Notes under the pieces: model-generated | The model's database searches: none | What the model saw: the letters and a program-made list of their open reading frames with translations, nothing else | What the model was told of the DNA's origin: nothing | Shown: piece by piece, positions 38,305 to 50,407 of the stretch | How the letters are laid out: each line of letters opens with the position of its first letter | How positions within the stretch are numbered: position 1 is the first letter of the stretch | Made by a program: the position numbers and the translations under genes | Source of the DNA: Okamejei kenojei | Taxonomy: Eukaryota | Length of the DNA: 64,000 bases | NCBI GenBank assembly: GCA_035221665.1 | Contig: CM069134.1 | Coordinates: 121,458,001 to 121,522,000, forward strand | Direction: 5' to 3'

Positions 38305-38605
38305 CGGGTGGCACAGCAGTAGAGTTGATGCTTCGTAGCGTCAGAGACCCGGGTTCGATCCTGACCACGGGTGCTGACTGTATGGAGTTTACACGTTCTC
38401 CCTGTGACCGCGTGGGTTTGTTCCAGGTGCTCCGGTTTCGTTCCACCTTCCAAAGACATGCATGTTTGCATGTCAGATTAAATGGCTTTGGTAAATTGTC
38501 CCTAGTCTGTAGGATAGAACTAGTGTATGGGGTGATTGTTGATCGGCGCACTAGGTGGGATGAAGGGCCTGTTTCCTTGCTGTATCTCTAAACTAAACTA
38601 AAATA
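38305..38605 (+). mobile_element. Full-length V-SINE
   Basis: ggtggcacagcagtagag (A box), gggttcgatcc (B box), V-domain, (taaac)n tail. Confidence 0.88.
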
Positions 38606-38837
38606 AAATAAACTATGATATTTTAGCAAGATACAATATCTTTTGATGCATGGAGAATGTTTCTGTACCACGGTATTGTATCTAAAATCATTTAAATTTT
38701 GTTTGTTTGGGGATACTTCCATATCATGTGTCCTTAAGGTTCATCATTCAAAGCATAAACATTTTTTTAAGTTATCTCAATGTCACAAAATTCCTACTTG
38801 CTTTTTCTTAAAAGTAATATGAGACCTTTTTCCACAG

Positions 38838-38910
38838 TGCAAAGGGCCCACAGATTGCATACGAACGTAGCTTTCGGTGGAAGTTAGCGCACTTCCGGTA
38901 CTTGTGTCAG
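38838..38910 (+). CDS. WWP1: WWP1 coding exon 13 (AKGPQIAYERSFRWKLAHFRYLCQ)
   Basis: ccacag|T ... CAG|gtaaat; 73 nt. Confidence 0.95.
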
Positions 38911-39096
38911 GTAAATTTGTACTGATCTGTTTAATTCTCGGCTAGCATTCTTAATTTTAAACCGCCTCAAAATATGTAATACTTCAAAGTCTCAAGAAAT
39001 TGATTTAATGTAAATTTTTGCCTTTGAAATATTGAAGAGCTGGTTTTCAGTATTCTCTGATTCTGTAAATTAATGCAATTCATTTTGTTTTCGCAG

Positions 39097-39168
39097 TCGA
39101 ACGCATTGCCCAGTCATGTAAAGATTACAGTTTCTAGGCAGACCTTGTTTGAAGACTCCTTTCAACAA
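39097..39168 (+). CDS. WWP1: WWP1 coding exon 14 ([24 protein letters not shown])
   Basis: tcgcag|TCG ... CAA|gtaagt; 72 nt. Confidence 0.96.
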
Positions 39169-40325
39169 GTAAGTGTTTTTTATTGGCACAGGAAATTGAA
39201 ATAGAATATGTACTGGAAGATGTTTAAGATAAAGAACTGCAGATGCTGGAAAAATCGAAGGTAGACAAAAATGCTGGAGGAACTTAGCGGGTGAGGCAGT
39301 ATCTATGGAGCGAAGGAATAGGTGACGTTTCGGGTCGAGGTCATTCAGACTATACTATGTACTAGAAGATTATTATTTATAACTAAAATTTCATGGGATG
39401 TAAAAAAAAACAGACATATAATATACAAAAACTTCTTTGAATATAATACAGATTTATCTTTATGTATTTAGGATGATGTTCAGTTCAGTTTTATTTGTCA
39501 TATGTAGGTTAACACTGGGTCAACGTTACAATGAAATGTGTTTGACAAGACAACGGGTCACCTCAGTAAGGCTGTTATGCCGGCTGCTGAAGTGACTTGT
39601 TTCCTGTATTTTGTTGGTTCACATGCTTGATCAATGGTGTTTTATCATTCATGTCTTATTATTATTAATGTTTAGTGTTTTCTGAGTCATTCGTAACTGT
39701 CACTGTATGTCATGTTGTTACTAGTGGGCGGAGCACCAAGGCAAATTTCTTGTATGTGAATACTTGGCCAATAAACTTACTTACTTACTTACACTGTTCC
39801 TCCAATCCAAGGAGATATGAAAATCAAGCAAATCAGAACTCCATTTTGTTGTCTAGAATTTCAGCTCCAGGATACGTATTTTTCAATGTTATGCAATTGA
39901 CAATTTTTTTTTACTGAGATTAAACATTTGGTTTCCTGTCGGAAATATGATCAGACACTTGTGTGCATGAGTCGCCCTTGCAAGGGTGCCTGAGATGACG
40001 CATCATTCTCCATGCAATTATACTTTCAGATTATTACTGGGACACTTGATCCCTCCCGTCTGTGTAATACCTGTCCAGTTGTACACAATACCTTGGGTCT
40101 CAGGCACATCTAAAGTTTGCAGCAGAGAGGATCCCAAACCTAAAAAGGACTGATAGCCTACCCCAATCCACTTGCTAATTTCAGCGTTTGAATTCCTTTG
40201 TTATCACCTCGTCCCCAGCCAACAATGGACCATTATGGGTTCCACCTTTCTTTAAACATCAAAGCAGGCTCTGCTTTGTTCTGTCCCTTTCCATACATCT
40301 AAATTCCCCCTCCCTGGCTCTCAGT

Positions 40326-40353
40326 CTGATGATGGGTCTCGACCCGAAACGTC
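40326..40353 (+). ncRNA. Minimal hammerhead ribozyme-like core in a PLE 3' terminus (about 40170-40455), sense to WWP1
   Basis: CTGATGA-T-GGGTC-TC-GACCC-GAAAC-GTC; helix I pairing weak. Confidence 0.6.
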
Positions 40354-40639
40354 ACCTATTCCCTTTTCTCCAGAGATGCTACCTGACCCGCTGAGTTACG
40401 CCAGCATTTTGTGTCTATCTTCGGGGTAAACCAGCATCTGCAGTTCCTTCTTGCACATTGCTGGCCCACCGTTGGGTGCGCTAGCATTTCGAGGCCAATA
40501 GACTAATGTGGCAGCGGGATGGGACACTGTGTAGATGTACAGTTAAGGGTGAGGTTCAGTCAAAATATAGAAAGGAAATGAGTCCGTTCAGTAAGCAGAG
40601 GTGACGTGCATGATGAGGCAGCTGGGAGGCTAAGCTGTA

Positions 40640-41120
40640 TCTATTTTAATGTGAAGACTCGGAGGGTAAGGCAGGAAGGACAGAGTGAATGCAAAGCATT
40701 GATTAACATAGGAATATGATAGTCCTGCTAGCAATAGGGCTGTGCTTGACCTACTTCTAAGATATGACGCTGGGCAAGTGGATGTAATGTCAGTGGGCAA
40801 GCACTTTGGGGATAGTGAGCATAACTCAGTAAGCTTCAAAGTAGATATGGAGATGAATAAGAGCAGCCTGGCAATAAAGTGTCTGAATTGGCTGCAGGCC
40901 AATTTCACTATCATAAGATAAGATCTGGCAAACATAGAGCAGAAGCATCTACTTGTGGGTAAATCATTCAGGAAATGGGAGTGTTTTAAAAATGAAATGG
41001 TGAGAGTTCAAGGCAGTATTTTCTCACTAGAGTGAAGGGTAAGGACAGCAAGTCCAGGGAATCCTGGACATCAAAGGATATTATAGGTTTTGGATAAATA
41101 GAAAGCATTTGACAGATATA
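40640..41120 (+). mobile_element. Old CR1 fragment (endonuclease-RT interdomain)
   Basis: AVLDLLL...HFGDSEHNSVSF-like translation. Confidence 0.6.
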
Positions 41121-41956
41121 GAATGGGCTCACCAGGCACCACCCTGCCTGAGGTCATTTGTGGCCGTAACTGGTCTTTTCTCGCCTGCAGTTCTTCACTC
41201 CTCTCCCCCAACCCTCATCTTTTAGTCTGAAGAAGAGTCCCAACCCAGAACGTCCTCCATCCTTTTTCTCCAAAGATGCTGCCTGACCTGCTGAGATACT
41301 CCAGCATTTTGGAATGATTTTGTAACAGATATTGTAACCTTGAATAAAAATGGAAAGTTCTGAAAATGCTGTCGGCCAGGGAGCCATTTTGTAAAAAAAA
41401 AACAGAGTTAATGTTTCAAGACCATGATGGTTTGTCAGTAAATTCGTTTTTTTTTAAACTGCAGATGCTGGAAAAATGAAATAAAAGCAAAATTACTGGA
41501 AATGTTCAACAGATCAGGAGGCATGTGTTATGTTGCATAGAAAAGGAAAGGGTGAGGAGAATAAAGAAAATGGAAGGATCAATCTGCTAGAAACATTTGG
41601 TAGAAAGAAAAATAAAATGAACATTTCAGGTCAATAATCTTCAACGTAACTGGAAAATTGAGTAAACAACTGCAATGAAATTGCAGAGATATGGAGGCTT
41701 GGAAAGAACAAAGGGAATGCCTGGAAGATAGGCGCAAAATGCTGGAGGAGCTGAATAGGTCATGCAGCTTTTCTGAAAAAAAGGAATAGGCGACGTTTAG
41801 GGTTGAGACCATTCTTCAGCCTGAGAATCTATGTTAGTGTGGAGACAAGGGTGTCCAATTGCCACAATTCTTTCAGAATTGGCTTGTTTACAGATGAGTG
41901 AAGAATTTTATATTCATTTTCAGAAACTGGGCATCACTGATTGGGCCTTCTATCAG

Positions 41957-42520
41957 AATAGACAATAGGTGCAGGAGTAGGCCATTCGACCCTTCGAGCC
42001 AGCACCACCATTCAATGTGATCATGGCTGATCATCCCCAATTAGTACCCCGTTCCTGCCTTCTCCCCATATTTTCTGATTCCGCTATCTTTAAGAGCCAT
42101 ATTTAACTCTCTCTTGAAAGTATCCAGAGAACCTGCCTCCACCGCCCTCTGAGGCAGAGAATTCCACACTCACAACTCTCTATGTGAAAAAGTGTTTCCT
42201 CATCTCTGTTCTAAATGGCTTACCCCTTATTCTTAAACTTTAGCCCCAGGTTCTGGACTCTCCCAACATCGGGAACATGTTTCCTGCCTCTAGCGTGTCC
42301 AAACCCTTTATAATCTTATATGTTTCAATAAGATCCCCTCTCATCCTTCTAAAGTATACAAGTATACAGTCCCGCCATCCTGGAAATTAACCTTGTAAAC
42401 CTACGCTGCACTCCCTCAATAGCAAGAATGTCCTTCTTCAAATTAGGGGATCAAAACTCCAGGTGTGGTCTCACTAGAGCCCTGTACAACTGCAGAAGGA
42501 CCTCTTTGCTCCTATACTCG
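41957..42520 (-). mobile_element. CR1 3' fragment
   Basis: Reverse CR1 tail aatagacaataggtgcaggagtaggcc plus ORF2 C-terminus. Confidence 0.85.
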
Positions 42521-43004
42521 ACTGGCTAATTCTAACACAAAATCGAAATGCTGATCATTTTAAAATGTTGAATATTGAGCCCTGATGGCTGCAGCATTCT
42601 ACATGAAATGGCACTGCTTCTTTCTGCTTCTTCAAACTTGCATCCGGGATGGGATATAGGCAGCAAAGAGTCAAGAAGGTGGCAGAAAGCAAAGCCTTGT
42701 AAAAATTGTATGTGCAGGAAAATGGCATAGATGGAAGAAAAAAGAGGGCATAGACATAAAAGTAAATGTGGGAAGGGATATTAAAATGGTTGACAAGTGG
42801 GAGCTCTAATGGGCCTTGGGAGACAGAATGCAAATGTTTGACAACACAGTTGCCTAGTCTACAGTTGGTCTCCACAGTTATTGATGTAAAGGAGTTCACA
42901 CCAAGAATTAAATCCAATACACAAGGCTAAAAGTGTGTATGCAAATCTTTGTCTCACCTGGAAGGGCTACTGGGGTTCCTGGATGTAAGTGGGAGAGGAG
43001 GTGT

Positions 43005-43580
43005 TAGTTTAGTGTAGTTTATTGTCACGTGTGCTGTGGGAGAGTGCAAAGCATTTTAGACAACATACAATAGGTGCAGGATTGGCCATTTGGCCCTTCG
43101 ATCCAGCACCGCCATTCAATGTGATCATGGCTGATCATCCCCAATCAGTACCCCGTTCCTGCCTTCTCTCCATATCCCCTGACTCTGCTATCTTTAAGAG
43201 CCCTATCTAACTCTCTCTTGAAAGTTTCCAGAGAACCGGCCTCCACCGCCCTCTGAGGCAGAGAATTGTTGCATGCTAACCAGCAAGGTAAAGTCAGTTA
43301 ACAGATGGTCTGAGGGTCTTCAATGATGTAGATAGTAGCTCAGGACCGCTGCCCAGTTGTTGGTAGGATGGTTTGGTTGCCTGATAACAGCTGGGAAGAA
43401 ACTGTCTTTGAACCTGGAGTTGTGCGTTTTCACACTTCTGTACCTCTTGCCTGATGGGAGAGGAGAAGAGGGAGTGACATGGATAAGGAGTAACATAGAA
43501 GAGGGAATGCAACTCATCCTTGATTATGCTGTTGGCCTTGCCGATGGACTGTGAAGTCTAGATGGAGTCAATGGAGCTGG
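43005..43580 (-). mobile_element. Rex1-type 3' fragment with a CR1 tail (about 43060-43268) inserted
   Basis: ORF 43320..43517 LPSGKRYRSVK...FKDSFFPAVIR. Confidence 0.7.
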
Positions 43581-44252
43581 TGTCAATAGTCAATAGTGAC
43601 TCAATGTGAATATAAGCAACTATGCATTCCTGCTTATCCAGGGTAAACTATCACTTATTTAGGTGGGAGTTCCAAAGGTTTTGCACTTCTCTTCCTTTCT
43701 TCAAGGTGTTCTTCAAAACTGATAGATATTCCTTCTCTATGGATGATATCTGAACATCCTTATTACAGTGGGAATTACAAATTAAGATGATAATTTTAAG
43801 GATGGAGAATTTTAAAAATTATTGTAAAGTTATTAATTTATTGTGTTTTAATTTGCACAATCACATTTACCTGTCAGCCTTGTACTCTCTTTGTCAGACA
43901 TGACCATCGGAGTAGACATCAGGAATTGTAATTGCTGGAATCTTATGTAGAACAGAAAGTGCTGGAGTAACTCAGCGTGTCAGGCAGCATCTATGCAGAA
44001 CATGGATAGGCGAAGTTGTAGGTTGGTATGGTTTGAAGAAAGGTCGCGACCTGAAGCATCACCTATCCATGTCCTCTAGCGATACTGCCTGGCCCACTGA
44101 ACTACTCCAGCACTTTCTGGTCTTCAGGCCTCCTAATGCGGTTCAATATCATATTTGGTTGTGTTGCACTCCCCAGACACATCAAGCACCGTTTTATTAC
44201 AACATATGCATTGTTTAAATATAGATTTGTGTTCTTGTTGTCATCATCTTAA

Positions 44253-44378
<126 letters not shown>

Positions 44379-46210
44379 TAACTCTTGGTAACAAATATTT
44401 ACGATTAAAGACTTATTTCCAGCTAGAGTTAGCAAAATACAACAACTATTGATGCTATTTGCAAATGATCATTTTTTCAAATGATCCTGAGCTAGCTGGG
44501 ATCCCAAAATATTCTAAATGAACAAATTGAATTGCTTATTGTTTTACCTGTAAATAACACAAAAGTCATCTCATAGTGGGCGAGTGGGAGTTTAGCCGGT
44601 CTTCTTCTGAAAAGGGCTGATTTAGTCCCCAAACATTGTTTTTCTCCATAATCCTGCAAATTAATTATTTTAAATATAGATTTTCCATTAGTAAAAAAAT
44701 AATTTGTAGTTTGATTCTACATCTTTTTAAATAAACCCACTATGTGAAGAAATTAATTTTTTCATCTGGTTTGTTGGCTAATTATTTTTAATCCGTAACA
44801 TCTGGTCCACTCGCCAGAGAAAACAGTATCTTTCTACTTGATCCCCAACAACTTTGAAAACCTTTGACAAGAACAAACCAGCAACTTTATTTGTTTCTAT
44901 TTAATTGATCTATTTTATGCTAAGTGACACTATAGTAAACCTTCTCTGGATCTTGTACATTTCCATGATGTTCTCCCAAAATGAGGCACTCAAAACTAAT
45001 TCAGTTGAAGCCTTACCGCGGATATACAAAGGTTTAGTACAATTTTTGTTTTGTTTTTGTACTCGCACCCATAATTACAAAGCCCCGTATCCTGAAGTCT
45101 GCTGCGTATTAAGCTCATTTATCATTGTTGTTATGTTTATTACTGGACATGTTATGCTCATTTCAAGCCATTTATACGTCGCAAGAAAAGCAATGAAATC
45201 AATACCTAGCCCTGAAGGATCTTGTGGCAGACAACACTATCTTTATCACAACCATCTGTTTCCTATCTCCTCGCTCACTTGTAGCTAAGTTATCACCCTT
45301 CCATAAGTACCAGCAACCACTGTTGAACCTGTTACCACAGAGAAATTTCCCATCCACCTAAAACCAGCCTTCAACCACCACCCTTTACACCTCCAAGCCA
45401 TGGCCAATTAATAGTTGTAAGGGGCCCAGTGGAGGACTGGGACGCAGATTCCCAGCACAGCAGTGGGGAGGTCACAGATTTATGTCAGGTTCTCAGTATG
45501 GAGGGCAGAGATTCACGTTAGCTTACGGAATAGCAAGGTGCAGCCAAGTCAATGTATTTTTTAAAGTACGATGGGAAGGAGAGGGTACAGGTTATTTACC
45601 TGTGAGTGGATGGACTGATGGACGAGGAACACTTTAACGAATTAAGCAGGGTGGCAGAATACTTCATCAAATTCCCTTAACAGATTGATATGCAACCTAC
45701 CAGTTCTCTTCATCACTTAATTTGGTTGAACAGATTATTTGCCTTTTAACATATTGTCGCTTAAAAAAACGTTTCTCCAAAGAAGACTTAATTATGATTC
45801 ATTCTAATTGACTTTTTTTAAGTTTAAGTTCTGTTAACATTGGACTTGTTTTCTTGTAATTACCATGGATATTTCTCTCTCCTTTTGAACGTGGGTGTAA
45901 CATAGCCGTTTTGAGTCTTTACTGTATCAAATGGTGAATGCAGATCAATTTTATCATTTTATCATATTTTGATAAAATCCTTTTTAAGGATTTTATCAAA
46001 ATATATTAATTACTGTATTTTAAATGCAGCATGTTTGAACATGAAATAAGTTAATAATCTTGTAATTTGCGAATTTTTCAAGCTTTCATCTATCCAACCT
46101 CATCCTTGTGGAGTAGAATTTGCATTTGAGCAATAAAGAAATGGAATATTGGCAGACTCTATTTTTAAATAAGCAAGCTGTGGGTGGCACCAATTAAATG
46201 TGATATTTAA

Positions 46211-46417
<207 letters not shown>

Positions 46418-48189
46418 TAAGTTGTAAACAAAATAATTAATTGTTTATGTACTAAATCCATGTCCCTGGGTGCTGCCGTTTTTGAAAGGCGGATAAATCA
46501 AATCAGTAGATATTTTTAATGCGGAGATTGGCAGATTCTTGATTAGTACGGGTTTCAGAAGTTATGGGGAGAAGGCAGGTGAATGGGGTTAGGAGGGAGA
46601 GATAGATCAGCCATGATTGAATGGCGGAGTAGACTTGATCGGCATGAATGGCCTAATTCTGCTCGTAGAACTTATGAATTTATAAATCTAAAATTAAAGC
46701 TGTTTTAAAATATAATTTTTACTGCACTATTTGATATTCAAATAGATTAAACACCTGAACACTGGTAAGGCCACTTGTTCTTCTTTCCATGCGCAGCTTG
46801 CAATTATAGGCTGCATGACTGCAGAAAATGAGCAAAGGCAAATTATGTGTTTACAACACTATGTTTGAGTACTGGCCCATAAACAATGGTTCTGCCTGCC
46901 CTCTACTGGTTAAATAGTGTGATAACAAAGAGGCAGGTGACCGTGGAATCTGCAACTTGTTTGGCATTGAAATGCAAGACTTTAAAGCTCAGCATACAGG
47001 AACACTCACTTCATTATTTTCCCAATTGATAATCCCAAGCATATTGTCATTGAAGAGGTTTGCAGGATGGCTAGATGACTGTAATTACAGGATTAAAGTC
47101 ATATGGGCCAAATGCAAACAGGTGGGACAACTGTAGCTGGGACATGTTGGTCGGTGTGAGCATGTTGGGCTGAAGGGCCTGTTTCCACACTGTTTCACTC
47201 TATGACTCACTGGAAAAGCAACCAATGTGGCAGAAAGCATTTAATTTAGTGTAACTTAAACTTGAACAAGCTATAAATATAATCTAAACTGATTAAATCC
47301 ATTGGCATTTAATGTGTGTTTCGAAGTGCTGTGGGATGAATTGTTGTCCAAAAGTGGTTGCACTTTTACAAGCGTATAAGGATGTAAGTGTATGAGCAAC
47401 ATCAATGACACTTCCCCTGCATCCTTGAACATCACCTCTTCCTTTTCTCCAGAGATGCTGTCAGTCCCGCTGAATTACTGCAGCTTTTTTTTTTTGTCTA
47501 TCTTCGGTTCAAACCAGCATCTGCAGTTCCTTCCCACACATACATACTGTAGAGCACTGACTTAGGTAAAATCAAGCAGTTATTTTGGAAAAGATCAGAG
47601 AGGTCAAATTATTAAACCTATTAGCATTATTTCTAAAATTGTGAATCATTAGTAAAATAATAAATGTATTGAAACAGGGTTAATAAAATAGCTGGTATAC
47701 ATTCATAGTTTCAAAGTGATCAAGGTTGACATTAAATATTACTGAATCCTTTATTTTTAAATGAGCTAGGTAATAGGGATAACTTTGATAATAACGATTC
47801 AATCAACACTACATAGAAGACCTTGGGTCAGAAAATCAAGATGTAAAATCAGTTTGGATGAAACTAAGAAATAAGAAGGGACTGAGTCAATCGAATGCAG
47901 TTAAGATAAATTTCTAGATCAACAGACTAAGGAACTGCTATTTTAGATCTAGTTATGCGCCATGAAATAAGGTTGGTTAAAAACCGAGGGTTATTGCAAG
48001 CACAAGCTGGCACAGTGGCCCAGCAGGTTATGCTGCAGTCTCACAGCTCCCAGATTTCATTGTGACCTGTCTGCTACTGTCTGTGTGGAATTTGCACATT
48101 CTCCACAAGACAGTGGAGTTTGTACATTCTCCCTAAGAACATCCTACATCCCAACGACAGAGAAGTTGCTAAATTAATTGGCAATTAGG

Positions 48190-48495
48190 CGGTATGGTGG
48201 CGCAGCGGTAGAGTTTCTGCCTTACAATTCCAGAGACTCGGGTTTGATCCTGACTACGGGTGCTGGCTCTACGGAGTTAGTACGTTCTCCCCGTGACCTG
48301 CATGGGTGTTCTCTGATATCTTTGGTTTTCTCCCACACGCCAAAGCCTACAGGTTTGTTAACTGGCTTGGTATGATTATAAATTGTCCCTAGTATGTGTA
48401 GGGTAGTGTTAATGTGCGGGTTCACTGGTTAATGTGGACTCGATGGGCCGAAGGGCATGTTTCCGTGCTGTATCTCCAAACTGAACTAAACTAAA
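48190..48495 (+). mobile_element. V-SINE, preceded by an older V-SINE remnant at about 48008-48180
   Basis: ggtggcgcagcggtagag...gggtttgatcc...V-domain...aactaaac. Confidence 0.85.
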
Positions 48496-48509
48496 TTGTA
48501 AATAATCCC

Positions 48510-48970
48510 TGGGTTACACAAAAAGCTGGAGAAACTCAGCGGGTGCAGCAGCATCTAAGGAGCGAAGGAGATAGGCGACGTTTTGGGTCGAGACCCTTCT
48601 TCAGACTGGTCAGGGATCAGGGAAACGAGAGATATAGACGGTAGAACAACCTATTATAAGCTGTTTGTGGTGTGACTAGGGTGGGGGAGGGAGATAGAGA
48701 TAGAGGGAATGCCAGGGCCCGAGGGCTGAGGGAGAGGTGGGAAGGGGAGGAGACAGCAAGGGTTAACAGAATTGAGAAAATTCAATGTTCAAGCCTAAAG
48801 GATGCAGACTCCCCAAGCGGAATATGAGGTGCTGTTCCTCCAACTTGCGGTGTTGCTCACTCTGGCCGTGGAGGAGGCCCAGGACCGAGAGGTCGGATAC
48901 GGAATGGGAGGGGGAGTTGAAGTTCTGAGCCACCGGGAGGTCAGGTTGGTTTTTGCGGACCGAGCGGAGG
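48510..48970 (-). mobile_element. Penelope-like 3' fragment, same subfamily as 60.9-63.0 kb
   Basis: Near-identical to 60925-61460 apart from internal deletions. Confidence 0.88.
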
Positions 48971-49149
48971 CATCTAGTGGGAGAATGCCAGAGGTGTTAA
49001 CAGGTGTATGAGAGAATGGGTGACAAGGAAATTGGTAGATTGGTTTATTAGTTTCACGTACACCAATATACAGTGAAAAGCTTTGCTTTGCCTCCAATTA
49101 GTCTTTGTTCTTTATTGAACAATTTACAGCAATATTGTATTTTTTGTAG

Positions 49150-49284
<135 letters not shown>

Positions 49285-50407
49285 TAGGCATTTCATATTA
49301 GGCTTTCTGTAATTTTACCTTGTTAAGTGGGTAGGTGCCAATCAATCTAGACTCAATTTAAACTCTCAAATTGATATTGGGTGGAGTTTAACAGATTGGA
49401 AATTTGAATCGATTAAAGTGAAAACCTAAATCTGCTAATGGAGTTCTGATCCAGGGCCTTTTTTTGGACTTCTAGACTTTGGTGGGATGTTTTGCAAAAG
49501 AGACGTGTATTTTTTTTTTCTGTACCTCTGAATGCACCCGGAGTCTAGCTTTCTAATCGTACCTGGCATTGTAGACAAAGTCTGGGAAATGGCCACCAGG
49601 AGAATAGGAATGGGAATGTGCAATATCCTAGCCTAAATGTAATAGCTTTTACCTCCCAATATTTAAGATTTTGGTTAATTTGTGGCTAATTTACGAAAGT
49701 AAAAAGCTGTATATTGCTAACTCAATATATTGCTGGCTCGATTGCTGGCTTTATATAGGCCAAAATGGCATAATCCACATTCGTTCAAGCTAGATTCAAA
49801 ATTTCCATGATCCTTAACCATGGTTAACCATGTCTAAATCAATAAGTTGATGTTGACTTTATGTTAATGGTGACCGAAGAGAGTTTACAAATTGGCATGT
49901 TTTGAAAGATTTTGCATATTCAAAAGTAATTCATTTTTAACTAACTACCTAATGTGCACCATTGGAAGTAATAAATTGGCTTTTTTAAGCAGAGTGTAGG
50001 GTTTTTTTTTTAATGTTTATATTTGTGATAGCTCTATGATTTGCTATAATACTAAAACTGCACCAGGATCTCTTGGTCATATTCAATGAATGTAACTAGT
50101 TGTGCGGACTTATTGTTGGTTGAAGGAAAATTTAATTCATGTTTTGGGTCCATTACTTTTCATCAGGACCAACATTAATGAAATGTTTTATTCTGAAACA
50201 TGATCTAAATCAGTATCCATGTCAGAAACAATTCAGTAAAAACACACAATTCTAAATTGTGTGCTTATAACTAAATTTCCCCCGAAGTGTATATTTAGAA
50301 TTACCGATTGATCTATAGAATTATATATTTTTTTCACCTTAAACTGCTAGGGGAAAGACATTTTAAAATACTGATAGGAACTTACAATGATATCTGGTGA
50401 AATTTGA

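Noticed and set aside
38305-38380. tRNA-like A/B boxes (also near 48195 and 57620)
   Set aside because: They are heads of V-SINEs continuing into the V-domain and tail, not tRNA genes.
49812-49832. Short palindrome aaccatggttaaccatg
   Set aside because: Too short to exceed chance; no context.
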